Translations under genes and position numbers: made by a program
Origin: an uncultured delta proteobacterium
GTDB taxonomy: Bacteria > Myxococcota_A > Polyangia > Polyangiales > Polyangiaceae
Assembly (NCBI GenBank): GCA_963806225.1
Contig: CAWDXG010000004.1
Coordinates: forward strand, 4,416,001-4,480,000
Reading direction: 5' to 3'
Length of the DNA: 64,000 nucleotides
The notes under the pieces: generated by a model
The model's database searches: none
What the model saw: the letters and a program-made list of their open reading frames with translations, nothing else
Told to the model about the DNA's origin: nothing
Shown: positions 1-17,400 of the stretch, piece after piece
Layout: every line of letters begins with the position of its first letter
Position numbering within the stretch: position 1 is the first letter of the stretch

Positions 1-9
1 AAGACCACC

Positions 10-1439
10 ATGGACGCACGAGCTGGAAGCACGAATCCGGGGCCACAGCCCGATCAGGGCTTGGTGGCCATCATCGACGACGACCCGACCGCCCGGCGCT
101 TGATGCGCTTCTGGTTGGAACGGCAGGGCTATCGCACGGTGGAATACGACTGCGGGCGCGCGGTGCTCGACGACTCGGGCGAGCTGCCCGCGGCCGCTTG
201 CGTCGACCTGGGGCTCGGCGACGTGCCGGGGTTGAAGGTACTCCAGCATCTCAAGGCCCGGGACGACGCGATGCCCCTGATCGTCGTCACGGCGCAGCGA
301 GAGCTGGAGACTGCGGTGGCGGCGATGCGGGCGGGCGCCTACGACTACGTGACCAAGCCGCTGGAGCGGGACCGGTTGGTGCACGCCGTCCGGCGTGCCA
401 TCGAACGGCGCGAGCTGCTCAGCAGCGTGCGCCGGCTCGAGAACGCGCTCAGCGAGAAGAACGGCATGGAGGGCATTGTCGGACAGAGTCCGCCCATGCA
501 GGAGCTGGCGCGCCAGGTGGAGCGGGTGCTCGGCAGCGATGTGGCTGTCTGCATCCACGGCGAGAGCGGTACCGGCAAGGAGCTCGTCGCCAATGCCATC
601 CACGCCGGCGGTTCCAGGCGTCGCGGCCCCTTCGCGGCGATCAACTGCGCTGCGATTCCCGACTCGTTGCAGGAGTCGGAGCTATTCGGACACGAGCGAG
701 GAGCGTTCACCGGCGCCACGCAGACCCATCGGGGTCGCTTCGAGCAGGCAGCGGGCGGGACGCTGTTTCTCGACGAGGTGGGCGAGATGAGCCCGTCGGC
801 GCAGGCTGTGTTGCTCCGCACGTTGCAGCAGAAGACGATTCGCCGCGTCGGGGGACTTGCGGAGATTCCCGTCGACGTGCGCATCCTGTGCGCGACGCAC
901 CGCGATCTGAAGACCGAAGTCGAAGCAGGGCGTTTCCGTGAAGACCTCTACTTCCGTCTGGTCGTCTATCCGATCCGCGTGCCGCCGTTGCGTGAGCGCC
1001 CGGCGGACATTCCGCTGCTCGTTGGTCACTTCCTCAGGAAGCTCGGACCGGATGCAGGTCGCGACGTGACCCGCGTCCAGCCCGACGTGCTCGAGGCGCT
1101 AGGTCGCTATCCCTGGCCCGGCAACGTGCGTGAGCTGGAGAACGTCGTTCACCGCAGCTTGCTTTCCTGCGCCGGCGCGGAGGTCGCGCTGGCCGATCTC
1201 CCCCCGGACATCCGCGCTCTGGCATTGCCCAGCCTTCCGCCGGACTCGAGAGCGGGAGCTTCGAATGGCCGTGCCGAGCCGGACCGGATCGTTCCGCTCC
1301 GTGAGCTGGAGCGCCAGGCGATCGAGCGTGCGCTCAAGGCAACCCACGGCAGCGTCGGCAAGGCTGCCAAGCTGCTCGGCATGGGCCGGGCGACGCTCTA
1401 CCGGCGTCTGGCAACGCTCGGAGAGGAGCGAGGTGCGGC

Positions 1440-1443
<4 letters not shown>
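10..1443 (+). CDS. Sigma54-dependent response regulator (NtrC family: REC-AAA+-Fis HTH)
   Basis: N-terminal REC (IIDDD, DLGL, KP), Walker A GESGTGKE, GAFTGA, LFLDEVGE, WPGNVRELEN, C-terminal HTH (AAKLLGMGRATLYRRL). Confidence 0.95.
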
Positions 1444-3053
<1,610 letters not shown>

Positions 3054-3059
3054 CCGCGG

Positions 3060-4193
3060 CTACTTCTCCGCGGCCGCAAACAGCAGCGTGCCGGCGCCCA
3101 GCCGCACGCGGTGGCCCCGCCACTCGATGTGCCGCTTGAACAGCGCCCGGCCCCAGACGAACAGTACGCAGATCTCCCGCAGCGGTGACAGGAGCGCCGG
3201 CAGCCACGCGCGCTTCCAGCCGCGCAGCGCCACCCAGCCTCCGACGTCGCGCAGCGCCAACAGGCCGAACGTCGCGGCGACGCCGGCGGGTCCGAGCCAC
3301 AAAAGGGCCAGCGGCAGCGTCGCCAGGGGGCTGGTCAGCGGTTCGAGCAGGTAGGCCGCGGGCCTGAGCCGCCAGCGCAGCATGCTCCAGCGCAGGTGGC
3401 GCTGCATGAAGCCGGTAACCCGCATGCTCGAGGTGACGTTCTCGAGCACCGTGGGAGCGATGCGCACGCCGTAGCCTGCGTGCTGGAACATCTTGCCCAT
3501 CACGAAGTCCTCGGCCAGCACGTCTGCGACGCGCTCGAAACCGCCGAGCGTCTCGAACGTCGACTGCGACAGCAGCATTGATTTGCCGACGACCAGGGCA
3601 TCGCCGAGCGCTGTCGGCAGCGCCGCGCCAGCGGCACAGAAGCCGTTGAGCTGCACGTTCTCGAGCGCGGCCCCCAGCGTGTTCTCTCCCGCGCCCACGA
3701 ACAGGTTCGTAACCAGGCCGATGTTGTCCCGGCTGTGCAGCGTATCGACCATCTCGGCCAGGTAGTGCGGCGGCGCGTGCACGTTGCTGTCGCTGATCAC
3801 GACCAGATCGTGCCCGACATGCGGCAGCATGCCGCGCAGGTTCCTGACCTTGGGATTGATGCCACCTCCGCCGGTGTGCACAACCAGTCGGGCGTGCACG
3901 TGCGGATGGCGCTGCTGCAGCCGCTCGACGACGGCGATGGCCGGGTCGTGCGGGTCCTGCACGCCGAACACGAGCTCGTAGTCGGGATACTGCTGGTTGA
4001 AGAAGCTTTCCAGGTTGTCCTCGAGCCCGGCATCCGCCCCGCACAGCGGTTTGAGCACTGACAGCGGGGGCCGGTGCACGGAGGGCTCGATGCGTCGGCT
4101 CTGCGCGCGGCGCGCGATGCGCACCACGTTGAAGAAGCCGAGCACGGTCCAGGCCGTGCACAACACGACGGCGAGTGCGGCGATCGGGATCAT
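3060..4193 (-). CDS. Ceramide glucosyltransferase/HpnI-like GT2 glycosyltransferase
   Basis: SVLKPLCG, NPKVRNL, VISDSNV, LAEDF, RHLRW motifs, N- and C-terminal TM segments, WRG tail. Start taken at MIPIAAL (4193), overlapping the upstream stop. Confidence 0.85.
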   Translation of the reverse strand: MIPIAALAVVLCTAWTVLGFFNVVRIARRAQSRRIEPSVHRPPLSVLKPLCGADAGLEDNLESFFNQQYPDYELVFGVQDPHDPAIAVVERLQQRHPHVHARLVVHTGGGGINPKVRNLRGMLPHVGHDLVVISDSNVHAPPHYLAEMVDTLHSRDNIGLVTNLFVGAGENTLGAALENVQLNGFCAAGAALPTALGDALVVGKSMLLSQSTFETLGGFERVADVLAEDFVMGKMFQHAGYGVRIAPTVLENVTSSMRVTGFMQRHLRWSMLRWRLRPAAYLLEPLTSPLATLPLALLWLGPAGVAATFGLLALRDVGGWVALRGWKRAWLPALLSPLREICVLFVWGRALFKRHIEWRGHRVRLGAGTLLFAAAEK

Positions 4194-4615
4194 GATGCTT
4201 GTCCTTCCATGGGCCCAGCTCCGGTACGGAAGATCCGCGTCCAGAGCGGAAGACAGATGGCGAAATAGACCAGCAACGTCGTGGCCAGTCTCACGGCCAG
4301 ATACGGCAGGTGCGTCAGCGCCATCGCGCGGTCGAACAACACCAGATTGGCGACGAACCCGAGCGCTTCCACCGCCATGAACTGCGCGCCCTGCCGCAGC
4401 CATTCGGGTCGCCGGTCCTCGAACGCGACCAGCTTGTTGCCCAGGAATTGCACCACTATCCCGAGCACCAACGCTGGCAGGCTCGCCGCGCGCGGCGAGA
4501 GGCCGAGGCCGCTCACCAGCAGCGCGAGCACTCCGAGGTCCGTCGCGGTTGCGAACACCCCGACGCCCATCGAGCGCACGAGCACGGCCAGCCTGTGCAG
4601 GATCCGGTTCGACAT
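4190..4615 (-). CDS. GtrA-family small membrane protein
   Basis: About 4 TM segments; 'VGVFATATDL', 'QFLGNKLVAF' resemble the GtrA pattern; coupled to the GT2 gene. Confidence 0.75.
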   Translation of the reverse strand: MSNRILHRLAVLVRSMGVGVFATATDLGVLALLVSGLGLSPRAASLPALVLGIVVQFLGNKLVAFEDRRPEWLRQGAQFMAVEALGFVANLVLFDRAMALTHLPYLAVRLATTLLVYFAICLPLWTRIFRTGAGPMEGQAS

Positions 4616-4665
4616 GCCCAACCCCAAGAGCGAGAGACATGCCACAAGCCGGGATCAGTAATTTC

Positions 4666-4730
4666 AACCACTTGCGACCGTGGCGCGAAGCCCGGGCCGC
4701 GTAGCCAGCTTCACAAGTGGTTTAACCACT
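4666..4730. promoter_or_regulatory. Inverted/palindromic operator-like motifs between divergent genes
   Basis: AACCACTTG (4666-4674) is the reverse complement of CAAGTGGTT (4714-4722); AGTGGTTTAACCACT palindrome at 4716-4730. Confidence 0.45.
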
Positions 4731-4787
4731 ACGCGGTGTGGCGCCGGATGCACTCTGCCCGGCAAGGTCGGGCTACGGTTCGGCGCG

Positions 4788-6858
4788 ATGCGTTGGCTTT
4801 CGATTTCCTTCGATCGCGGGGTGCGCGCTTCTAGCCGCGTCCGCCTGCAGCAACGACAAACCCAAGAAGAAGCCGCTCGGCGGCGCCGGTGGCGCCTTCG
4901 AGGGGGGCCTCGACGGCAGCGGCGGAGGCGTGGGGGGCACGGGCGGCAGCGCCGGTCTGGACGCGGGCCCCGATGTCGTCGACGCGTCGAAGGACGTTGC
5001 GACGGAAGCGCAGCCCGAAGCGGCGCCACCTCCGCCTCCGCTCTTCTTCTCGGTGTCGCCCGGCGCGCTGGGTCAAACGGGAAGCGGTGTCGCGCAGCAG
5101 ACGAGCCCGCAGAGCGTCGTGTACGGATCGGCGACCGCGGCGAGCGCGCCCAGCGCGGGGAGCAACGTGCTCGTAGCCAAGCCGTCGGAGCTCGGCCTCG
5201 ACCCTCTCGACGACATCGACGCAGTCAGCGTCAGGAAGCCGATGCCGGCGCATCCCTTCTACTACTTCTCGGTGGACGACGCGTACCACTTCTACCGGGG
5301 AACGGACGTCGACCAGGCCGCATACCACTACACGCAGCGCGGCGACGTGTTCCTCTCCGACGGTATCGTCCATGACATCGTAGAGGGCACCGAAGGCTTC
5401 AACGGCTTGTACTCCACCGGGCTCTCGGTCGGTCTTGGGCAGCACTCGACCGGCACCGGCGATGCGGGCACGGAAGCAGGTGCCGACGCTGCGACCGACG
5501 CAGCCACGGGCACCGATGCGGGCCCCGGGCTTGTCGACGACAACCTCGATGCGCTCGAAATCGGCGTGACCCCCGCGAACGCGGGCACGGCGTATTTCTC
5601 GGTCGACCCGGGCGCGAGCGGCGCGGCGGGCAGCTCGGTGGCGTCCACGGCGGCGGGCGAGCGCGGTTGTACGATCTACGCCTCGGGTCGCGACGGGAAG
5701 AACCACGTCGTCTATTCCTGCGCGCAGATCGGGCTCGCCTCCGGCGATAACGTGGACGCCCTGGCCGTCGTCGACACGGGGTCGGGTACCCGTGTCTACT
5801 TCTCGGTCGACGCGACGACCGTCGGTGCCGCCGGCACGGACATCAACGGGGACACGCAGAGTCAATACAACCCCTATCGCGCGGACATCTTCTACTCCGA
5901 CGGCGACAACACGAATCATCTTGCCGTGGACGCCACCGGCTTTGCGCTCGGCACTGACTACAACGTCGACGCCCTGGCGATCGTCGATGATCCGCGCGAT
6001 CCGCTATACGTACCCTCGGGCAACTGCACGCTCTCGCCGAGCCCGGTGGCCCCGGTGGACGGCGGTGTCACGTACAATTACTACATCGCCGGAAACATCT
6101 CCGGCAGCCTCGAGCTCTTCTATGCGGAAAACGCGACAGCTGGAGACCAGTTCAGCGCCTACGACCTCGCTACCTGCCAGCGCGTCGGTCAGCCAGTCGC
6201 CGGCTCGTATGCCGTCACCGGCAGCGGTGACATCGTGCCGGTGCCGCAGGTGGGATGGTCGGCCGCCCAGCCGCTCTCGAATCTCGACGTGTGGTTCATC
6301 TCCGCCAACGTCACGTCGATCGATCTCGAACGTATCGATCTGGCGACTGGCCAGACGCTTGCGGCGTACACGACCGCCGTCAACGATTACGTGTACAGTT
6401 CGCGCACCATCTACCTGCCGGGCAAGAACCAGTTCGCGGTCGTTAGCGATGACTCCATCATCCTGATCGACGTACCGGCAGGCAATCCGGGCGACGCGGG
6501 TGTGGTCACGCTGCCGCCGTCGACGCTGATCGACAAGTACTGCTACGGGTCCGGGCAAGCCCTGGGATTCGATCCATCGGGATTCATCGAGCAGGCCTTC
6601 CTTTCCGATCCCTCGTTCACGCCGCTCGAAACGCGGGACTGCCGCCTCCGGCTGGACGGCTATCCTGCGCAGCCCTACCGCCCGTGGGACCAGGGCAGCC
6701 TCGGCGGCAACCTGGACCATGGCGTCATCCTCCCCGATCAAGCCCTCTACCTGTTCGAACGCCAGAACAACGACATCCAGGTCCACGCCTTCGCGCCGCC
6801 CTCGACCGTGGACGGCGGCGTCCCCGACGGCGGGTCCGGCGACGCGGGTGGCGGCTGA
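4788..6858 (+). CDS. Putative lipoprotein with YFSVD...D(N/D)xDAL repeats; probable 1-nt frameshift near 4810
   Basis: MRWLSIS joins IAGCALLAASAC (lipobox) after removing one base; Gly/DAG linker; four repeat units. Confidence 0.65.
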
Positions 6859-6860
6859 GG

Positions 6861-7529
6861 TCAGAGCCAGGCGTACGCTTCGCGCAGGGCGTCGTGCCCG
6901 CCGTGCGCGATGAGATCGCCGTGGGCCAACACCACGCCGTCGATGTCCCATTCGAGGATGCGGTCGACCTGGCGTCGAGCGAGCGTGCGGTCGCGCACGG
7001 CGATGTACTCGAGGTAGCCCTTGCCGGGAGCGCTGTTGCCCATCAACCAGGCTGCGGCCCGCGTCAGAGGCGACGGATGGCGGGCCAGGTTGAGCAGCGC
7101 GTCCGCACACACGAGGGTGCGGGTCGGCTCGTGGAAGAAGACGATCTCGTGCTCGAATCGCGCCGTGAGCGACGCCTGGTCGAGATCCTCCGACCAGACC
7201 GGGTGCGGCACGTCGCCCAGCACGCCAGTGAATCCGAGGTCGGAGCGCTTGCGCTCCAGTCCGGGGCACGCCCAGAACGACGCCTCCGGATACGCTGCCA
7301 TCCACTGACCGACGAACATGTGGTGATACAGGCTTGCGGCGACGACAGCGCGCACCGGACCGAGCGCGTCGACCTCACGCCGCGTTGCAGGATCCAGCGC
7401 TACCGGGCAGTGCACGAACAGCCCCCCGCCGGACAGTCGCACCAGGGTCATCCGCGTCCCCGTCTCGACGCCCCAGAACCTGAGCGGCTGCGCCACAGTC
7501 CATACTCCGTCGGCAAATGGTTGCAGCAC
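6861..7529 (-). CDS. DUF4336-family protein (metallo-beta-lactamase-like fold)
   Basis: TRMTLVRLSGGGLFVHCP, HHMF, EIVFFHEPTRTLVCAD, VLAHG; GTG start inferred. Confidence 0.8.
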   Translation of the reverse strand: MLQPFADGVWTVAQPLRFWGVETGTRMTLVRLSGGGLFVHCPVALDPATRREVDALGPVRAVVAASLYHHMFVGQWMAAYPEASFWACPGLERKRSDLGFTGVLGDVPHPVWSEDLDQASLTARFEHEIVFFHEPTRTLVCADALLNLARHPSPLTRAAAWLMGNSAPGKGYLEYIAVRDRTLARRQVDRILEWDIDGVVLAHGDLIAHGGHDALREAYAWL

Positions 7530-7617
7530 CGGTCGACGATCGCCCGGGGCATGATCGGCGGCAAGGCCGCCCTGAAGCGCCGTGAAGGGGTGGCCGGTTT
7601 CTGGTAGGCTTTGCGGC

Positions 7618-7989
7618 ATGAGCGATAGCGAAGCCCCTGAATCCGAGCGAAGGCGCGAAGTGCGCAAGCTGTCCTGCATCCCGGCCTACGTGAAGACCGA
7701 GGACCAGCACCTCGCGTTGATCCGGGACGTGAGCCCGTCGGGTGCGCTGCTCTTTGTCCAGGAACCGCTGCCGGAAGGCGCGCGCGTGCATCTGGACCTG
7801 TACCTCGCCGGAGACGGCACCGAGTCGCGGCCGGTCGACGGCAAGATCGTCCGCTCCGAGAAGCGCACGGGTCCTCGCGAGGTCTGGGGCCACAAGATTG
7901 CCGTCGAGTTCGACGAGAAGATCGACGCCTACGCCGAGGAGATCGCCGCGCTCACGGAGCGACAGGCCGAGATGGGGCTGTTCAAGTAG
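7618..7989 (+). CDS. PilZ domain protein
   Basis: RREVR (RxxxR) and DVSPSG (DxSxxG) c-di-GMP-binding motifs; AVEF at the end of the domain. Confidence 0.8.
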   Translation: MSDSEAPESERRREVRKLSCIPAYVKTEDQHLALIRDVSPSGALLFVQEPLPEGARVHLDLYLAGDGTESRPVDGKIVRSEKRTGPREVWGHKIAVEFDEKIDAYAEEIAALTERQAEMGLFK

Positions 7990-7992
7990 CGG

Positions 7993-10760
<2,768 letters not shown>

Positions 10761-10833
10761 TCAGAATGCCCAGCCCACGCTGCCGCCCATGTAGATCAGC
10801 CACTCTCCGCTGTTCTTGTGCCGCGCTGCCCCG

Positions 10834-12067
10834 TCATCCGGCAGAGCCGCGCGCAGCGCACGAGCGCCCTGCGCGGCGGGGCCTGCCACGAACGGCGAGC
10901 GTCGCGCCGAAATTGCCATCCTGTGCACCGGTGAGCGTTACCGCAGGCAGCGTGGCGACCCCGTTCTTCGATCCCGGAAAGACGTACACGCGCCCGGTTG
11001 CTTCCAGGGCTTCGTAGGCGGCGACCACGAGATCGGCGAAGCCGTCGCCATCGATGTCGCCCGGGCTCGTGGAAACGACGCCGAAGAAGCCGCCCGGTCC
11101 GTCCGGTCCGTCGAGCTGGACCGCGGGAATCGAAGCCACGCCGCCGGGGCCCCCGCGATACACGAAAGCGTTGCCCATCACGCTCGCGGTGTGGCCGTCG
11201 CCGAAAGCGCCGAGCGCTAGATCGGAGTAACCGTCGCCGTCGACATCGCCCGCGCTGGCGGCCTGGCTGCCGAATGCGTAGGTGCCGGGGCCTTCAATCT
11301 CGGTGGCGGGAGCGACGGGCAAGCCCGACGGGCTGCCCAGGTAGACGTACACGCGTCCGTGGTTGCTGGCCACGTCGACGTTGCCGCTTCGACGGTCGTT
11401 GGTCCAGCCCGCGGTGACCAGGACGTCGGCGTAGCCGTCGCCGTTCACGTCGCCCGCGCACGCGACGACCGCGCCAAACGACGAGTCGGTGACGAGCGGA
11501 TCCTCGCCGGTCGTGGCTGTGGTCAGCTGGGTGGCAATCGAAAACGAGCCGCTCCGGCTGCCGCGGTAGAGATACGCTTCGCCCCAGGCGCCCTGGTCGG
11601 GCGCGCCGATGACGAAGTCGTCGAGCCCGTCACCGTCGACATCGCCGGCGCCGGACACGGCGTCACCGAACTGTGCCGGCACGCTGGACGGCGCCTTGGG
11701 CGGCGTCAGCGTCACCGGGTGCGCCGGTCCGTGCGGTCCGCCGAAGTACAGGTACGCGCGACCCTGCTTCGAGTCCTCGTGCGAAGCGCCGACAAGCAGA
11801 TCTCCGTATCCATCACCGTTGACGTCGCCCACGCCGGCCACCGCGCCGCCGAAGCGCGTCTCCGGGTCGTGGGCGGACAGCACCAGCGAGGGGTGCGCCC
11901 CGAGACCCGCGGCGCTGCCGAAGTAGACGTACACGCGTCCCACAGCGCCGCCCTTCGGTAGAGCCGGTGCACCGACGGCCAGATCCGCGAAGCCGTCGCC
12001 GTCCAGATCCCCCGCGTTCGCAACGAAGGCGAAGAACTGTCGGGGTGCGGCGGGCGGAGCGGGCTGT
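10834..12067 (-). CDS. FG-GAP (integrin-alpha-like) repeat protein, apparently 5'-truncated
   Basis: Six GDxDGDGyxDlxvGA repeats. The open frame extends to a TAA at 12068-12070 with no signal peptide and no start codon upstream of the first repeat. Confidence 0.75.
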
Positions 12068-12158
12068 TAACCGACAAGCAAGCATGCGCCCCGAACGCGG
12101 GTAGCACGGCCCCCGGCACCGGGCTACCCCGCGCCGGTGCCACGACTGTCCAGCGGCG

Positions 12159-13646
12159 CTACTTCTCCCCGAGCCGCTCCACCACGCACTTTGCACCGCG
12201 GTCGCAATCCATGAGCACGCTCTGCAGGGTCAGCCGATCGCGAGAGTCGGCGCTGTCGAAGGCCGCGCAGAAGAACTCCACGGCGGACACGCCCTGGCGG
12301 AAGCCGTCGCTGCGCACCCAGAACGCGAGCGCAGTGCGGGCGTCGCGGTCCGGGATCTTCCGGTAGGCATCGACGAGCAGCTCGAGGAAGGCGCGGTGAT
12401 CGCCGCCGGTCAGCCGTGCGCCCAGATGTTCAAGCATCGAGCGCACGAAATACGAGCTTTGCAGCTTCGGCAACACGGCGGCCAGTCGTTCCTGCTCGGC
12501 GTGCGACAGCGGGCCGAGTGCCTCCACTGCGTCGAGCGCCTGCGACCCCCAGAGCGGCAACGAATCGTTCCGGAAGCCCGACGCGTGCTGCTCGAGCAGG
12601 TCGACCAGCCCGGGCGTCAGGCGCGCGAGGCGCGCGCGCATTTCGCGCCGGTGGGCGCGCACCTCGGCAGCCGCCATCCCCTGCCACGGGTTCGTCGGGC
12701 CCGCGTCGGAGCGCGTCGCCAGCCACACGCGGCTCGAAAGCGCGTGGATCATCTCTGCCTGTCCTTCGATCGGCAGCAAGGGCGCGGTCGCGCGCCAGAG
12801 CGTCATCCACGTGTTGAAGTCGAGCCGCTGCGCCGACAGCGCGATGTGGCCGAGCTCGGTCGAGTCAGGCTCGTCGAGGAGCGCCGTGCGGAGTGCGCGG
12901 AGCAGTGCCGGGTCCACGTCGACCAGCGCCACCTCGACCCGGGTCAGCTTGCCGCTTCCGATGCGCCTCGCGACCACGTCGTGGCGGATGTCCACCAGCG
13001 CGTCGGCCAGCTCGCTGCGGTAGCTGCCGGCGTGCTGGCGGCCAAGCGATGCGATCTCACGCTCGATGGCGGGCAGCGCGTGCGGACCCACTTTGACAAG
13101 CCGGTACTGCGCGGTCGGATAGCCCGAGCGCAGGCGCCAGATGTAGTACTGCGTGCGCAGCGCGAGCCATCCGGCTCCGGTCAGCGCCACCGCGGCCACC
13201 ACGGGCACCACGATGCGCCAGTGGCGCGCAGGCCACGTGTCGACAAGGCGGCGCTCCGCGAGCCGAAGCGAGATCAGCCAGCCCTCGCCCAGCGTCACGA
13301 TCAAGAGCGCCGGCGGCAGCGCCCAGAAATAGGCGAGGTAGTCCTGCCACACGGCGTAGTGGCCTCGCACCTCGGCGTAGCCGCGCGCCAGCGTGGACAG
13401 CCCCGCCGGCGCCAGCGCGAAGAACACGCCCGTCTTGATCGCCGTCGCGACGAGAAAGCCGATCCAGCTCCCGGACTTCAGCCACGACAGCGCCGTCGCG
13501 AGCACCGCCACCAGCACGAACACGCTCAGGAGCGGCGTCGCCAGCGCGTCCCGATCCGCCATGGCCGCGAACCACGCCGAGAGCCCCGCGACCAACGCGA
13601 TCGCTGTTGGCCCCCACGCAAGGGTCCGCCGTCTCCCCGGAGTCAC
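12159..13646 (-). CDS. Hypothetical membrane protein (N-terminal TMs, helical C-terminal domain)
   Basis: 495-aa ORF with about five hydrophobic segments; no recognisable motif. Confidence 0.6.
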   Translation of the reverse strand: MTPGRRRTLAWGPTAIALVAGLSAWFAAMADRDALATPLLSVFVLVAVLATALSWLKSGSWIGFLVATAIKTGVFFALAPAGLSTLARGYAEVRGHYAVWQDYLAYFWALPPALLIVTLGEGWLISLRLAERRLVDTWPARHWRIVVPVVAAVALTGAGWLALRTQYYIWRLRSGYPTAQYRLVKVGPHALPAIEREIASLGRQHAGSYRSELADALVDIRHDVVARRIGSGKLTRVEVALVDVDPALLRALRTALLDEPDSTELGHIALSAQRLDFNTWMTLWRATAPLLPIEGQAEMIHALSSRVWLATRSDAGPTNPWQGMAAAEVRAHRREMRARLARLTPGLVDLLEQHASGFRNDSLPLWGSQALDAVEALGPLSHAEQERLAAVLPKLQSSYFVRSMLEHLGARLTGGDHRAFLELLVDAYRKIPDRDARTALAFWVRSDGFRQGVSAVEFFCAAFDSADSRDRLTLQSVLMDCDRGAKCVVERLGEK

Positions 13647-13694
13647 GCGGGCAGCCTACGCCGGCGGAAGCGGCGGGGCGAGCCTTCGCCAAGC

Positions 13695-15791
<2,097 letters not shown>

Positions 15792-16008
15792 CAGGAGGGT
15801 GCTCCGGGTGGTGTGGGCTCGGATGGCGTCGGAAGTGCCCCGTCCGGGGCGTACGCGCCGTCGAGGCGGGCCGTGGCGCATGCCGCGGTGCGGCAGGGGC
15901 GGCGGGCAGGAACGGGCGGGGCACGTATAGACCAGGAATGCGGGGAACGAAAGCCGATGCCTGGATTAGGTCGACTGGCCGGCCTCCTGCTCCGGGGTCG
16001 ACCGGCGT

Positions 16009-17184
16009 CTAGCCTTTTCGCGGGTCCCGATGCCCGGGGTCGTCGACATCCGGCGCGTCGTCGCCGGATAGCCATCCTTTGTGCCAGAAGAAGATCATCA
16101 GCCCGAGCGCCACCATCAGCATCAGCGCCCAGGCCGCGGGGTAGCCGTAGCGCCAGCCGAGCTCGGGCATGTTGTAGCGCGAGGCGGCGCGGTCGAAGTT
16201 CATCCCGTACAGGCTGGTCACGAACGTGAGCGGGATGAAGATCGTCGCGATCACGGTCAACAGCTTCATGATCTCGTTCATGCGATTGGACACGCTGGAC
16301 AGATACACGTCCATCAGTCCGTTGCCGATCTCGCGGTACGTCTCGATCATGTCGATGAGCTGGATGGTGTGGTCGTAGCAGTCGCGCAGATAGACGCGCG
16401 TCTCCTTGGTGATGAGCTCCGTCTCGTCGTGCAACAGCGCGTTGAGCGCTTCGCGCAGCGGCCAGACGGCGCGGCGGAACTGCATCAGATCATGACGCGC
16501 GCCGAGGATGCGCCGCGGCGTGGTCTTGCTGGGGCTGGCGAGCACCTCGACCTCGAGCTTCTCCAGCTCGTCGCCGTAGCTCTCGACCAACGGGAAGTAG
16601 TGGTCGATGACGGCGTCGACCAGAGCGTAGGCGAGGTAGTCCGTGCCTCCGCTGCGGATCCGCCCGCGTCCCTGGCGTAGGCGCTGCCGGATCGGACCGA
16701 GGCAGTCGCCGCCGGGCCGCTCCTGGAAGGTGGCAACGAACCTGGGTGCCAGAAACATGCTGAGCTGCTCCGTGACGAGCTGGCCATCCTCGATCTCGGC
16801 CATGCGTACGACGATGAACTTGTAGTCCTCGTACTGCTCCACCTTCGAGCGCTGGTAATTGCTGAACACGTCTTCCAGCGCCAGAGGGTGCAGGTCGAGT
16901 ACGTCGGCGATGGACTGCACCTGCTTCACGTCGCCAAGACCGTCCATGTCGACCCACGTCACCGGCCAGTTCGCAAGGTAGTCGCGAAGCTCGACCGGGT
17001 CGTCGACTTTCCCTTCGGAAAACTCCGACTCGCTGTAGGCCATGACCCGGACTTCGGCCTTCGGCGCCTCCGGGTTCGGCGTGATCGTGCCGGGCGGCGC
17101 GCCGGGCTCCGTCCTGCGCCGGACCGGAATCAGCTTGCGGCCGAGGAAGCGGAGCGACGGGAGCGACGGGATCGGGAGAGCCAT
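16009..17184 (-). CDS. corA: Magnesium/cobalt transporter CorA
   Basis: LHPLALED, YGMNF signature, MPEL loop, two C-terminal TMs. Confidence 0.95.
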   Translation of the reverse strand: MALPIPSLPSLRFLGRKLIPVRRRTEPGAPPGTITPNPEAPKAEVRVMAYSESEFSEGKVDDPVELRDYLANWPVTWVDMDGLGDVKQVQSIADVLDLHPLALEDVFSNYQRSKVEQYEDYKFIVVRMAEIEDGQLVTEQLSMFLAPRFVATFQERPGGDCLGPIRQRLRQGRGRIRSGGTDYLAYALVDAVIDHYFPLVESYGDELEKLEVEVLASPSKTTPRRILGARHDLMQFRRAVWPLREALNALLHDETELITKETRVYLRDCYDHTIQLIDMIETYREIGNGLMDVYLSSVSNRMNEIMKLLTVIATIFIPLTFVTSLYGMNFDRAASRYNMPELGWRYGYPAAWALMLMVALGLMIFFWHKGWLSGDDAPDVDDPGHRDPRKG

Positions 17185-17241
17185 ACTCGCCTCGGCCGAG
17201 TGTCGCACACACGCGTCCTGGCCCGCGTAGCACCGACAACT

Positions 17242-17277
17242 GTGTCAAAATGCTACAACTATGTGGCAATTTGACAC
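17242..17277. promoter_or_regulatory. Imperfect 15-6-15 palindrome between divergent genes
   Basis: GTGTCAAAATGCTAC-AACTAT-GTGGCAATTTGACAC, 13/15 complementary, AT-rich in a GC-rich context. Confidence 0.5.
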
Positions 17278-17400
17278 GTTTCCGGCAGGGGGCTGCGGGG
17301 ACGGATGGGGTGGGCCTGCTTCGGGACCTGGTTGGGTGCCCCCCACCCAGCGCGCGGACGCGGTACATGTGGAGTAGCTCGCGACGTGGGCGGGTGGAAC

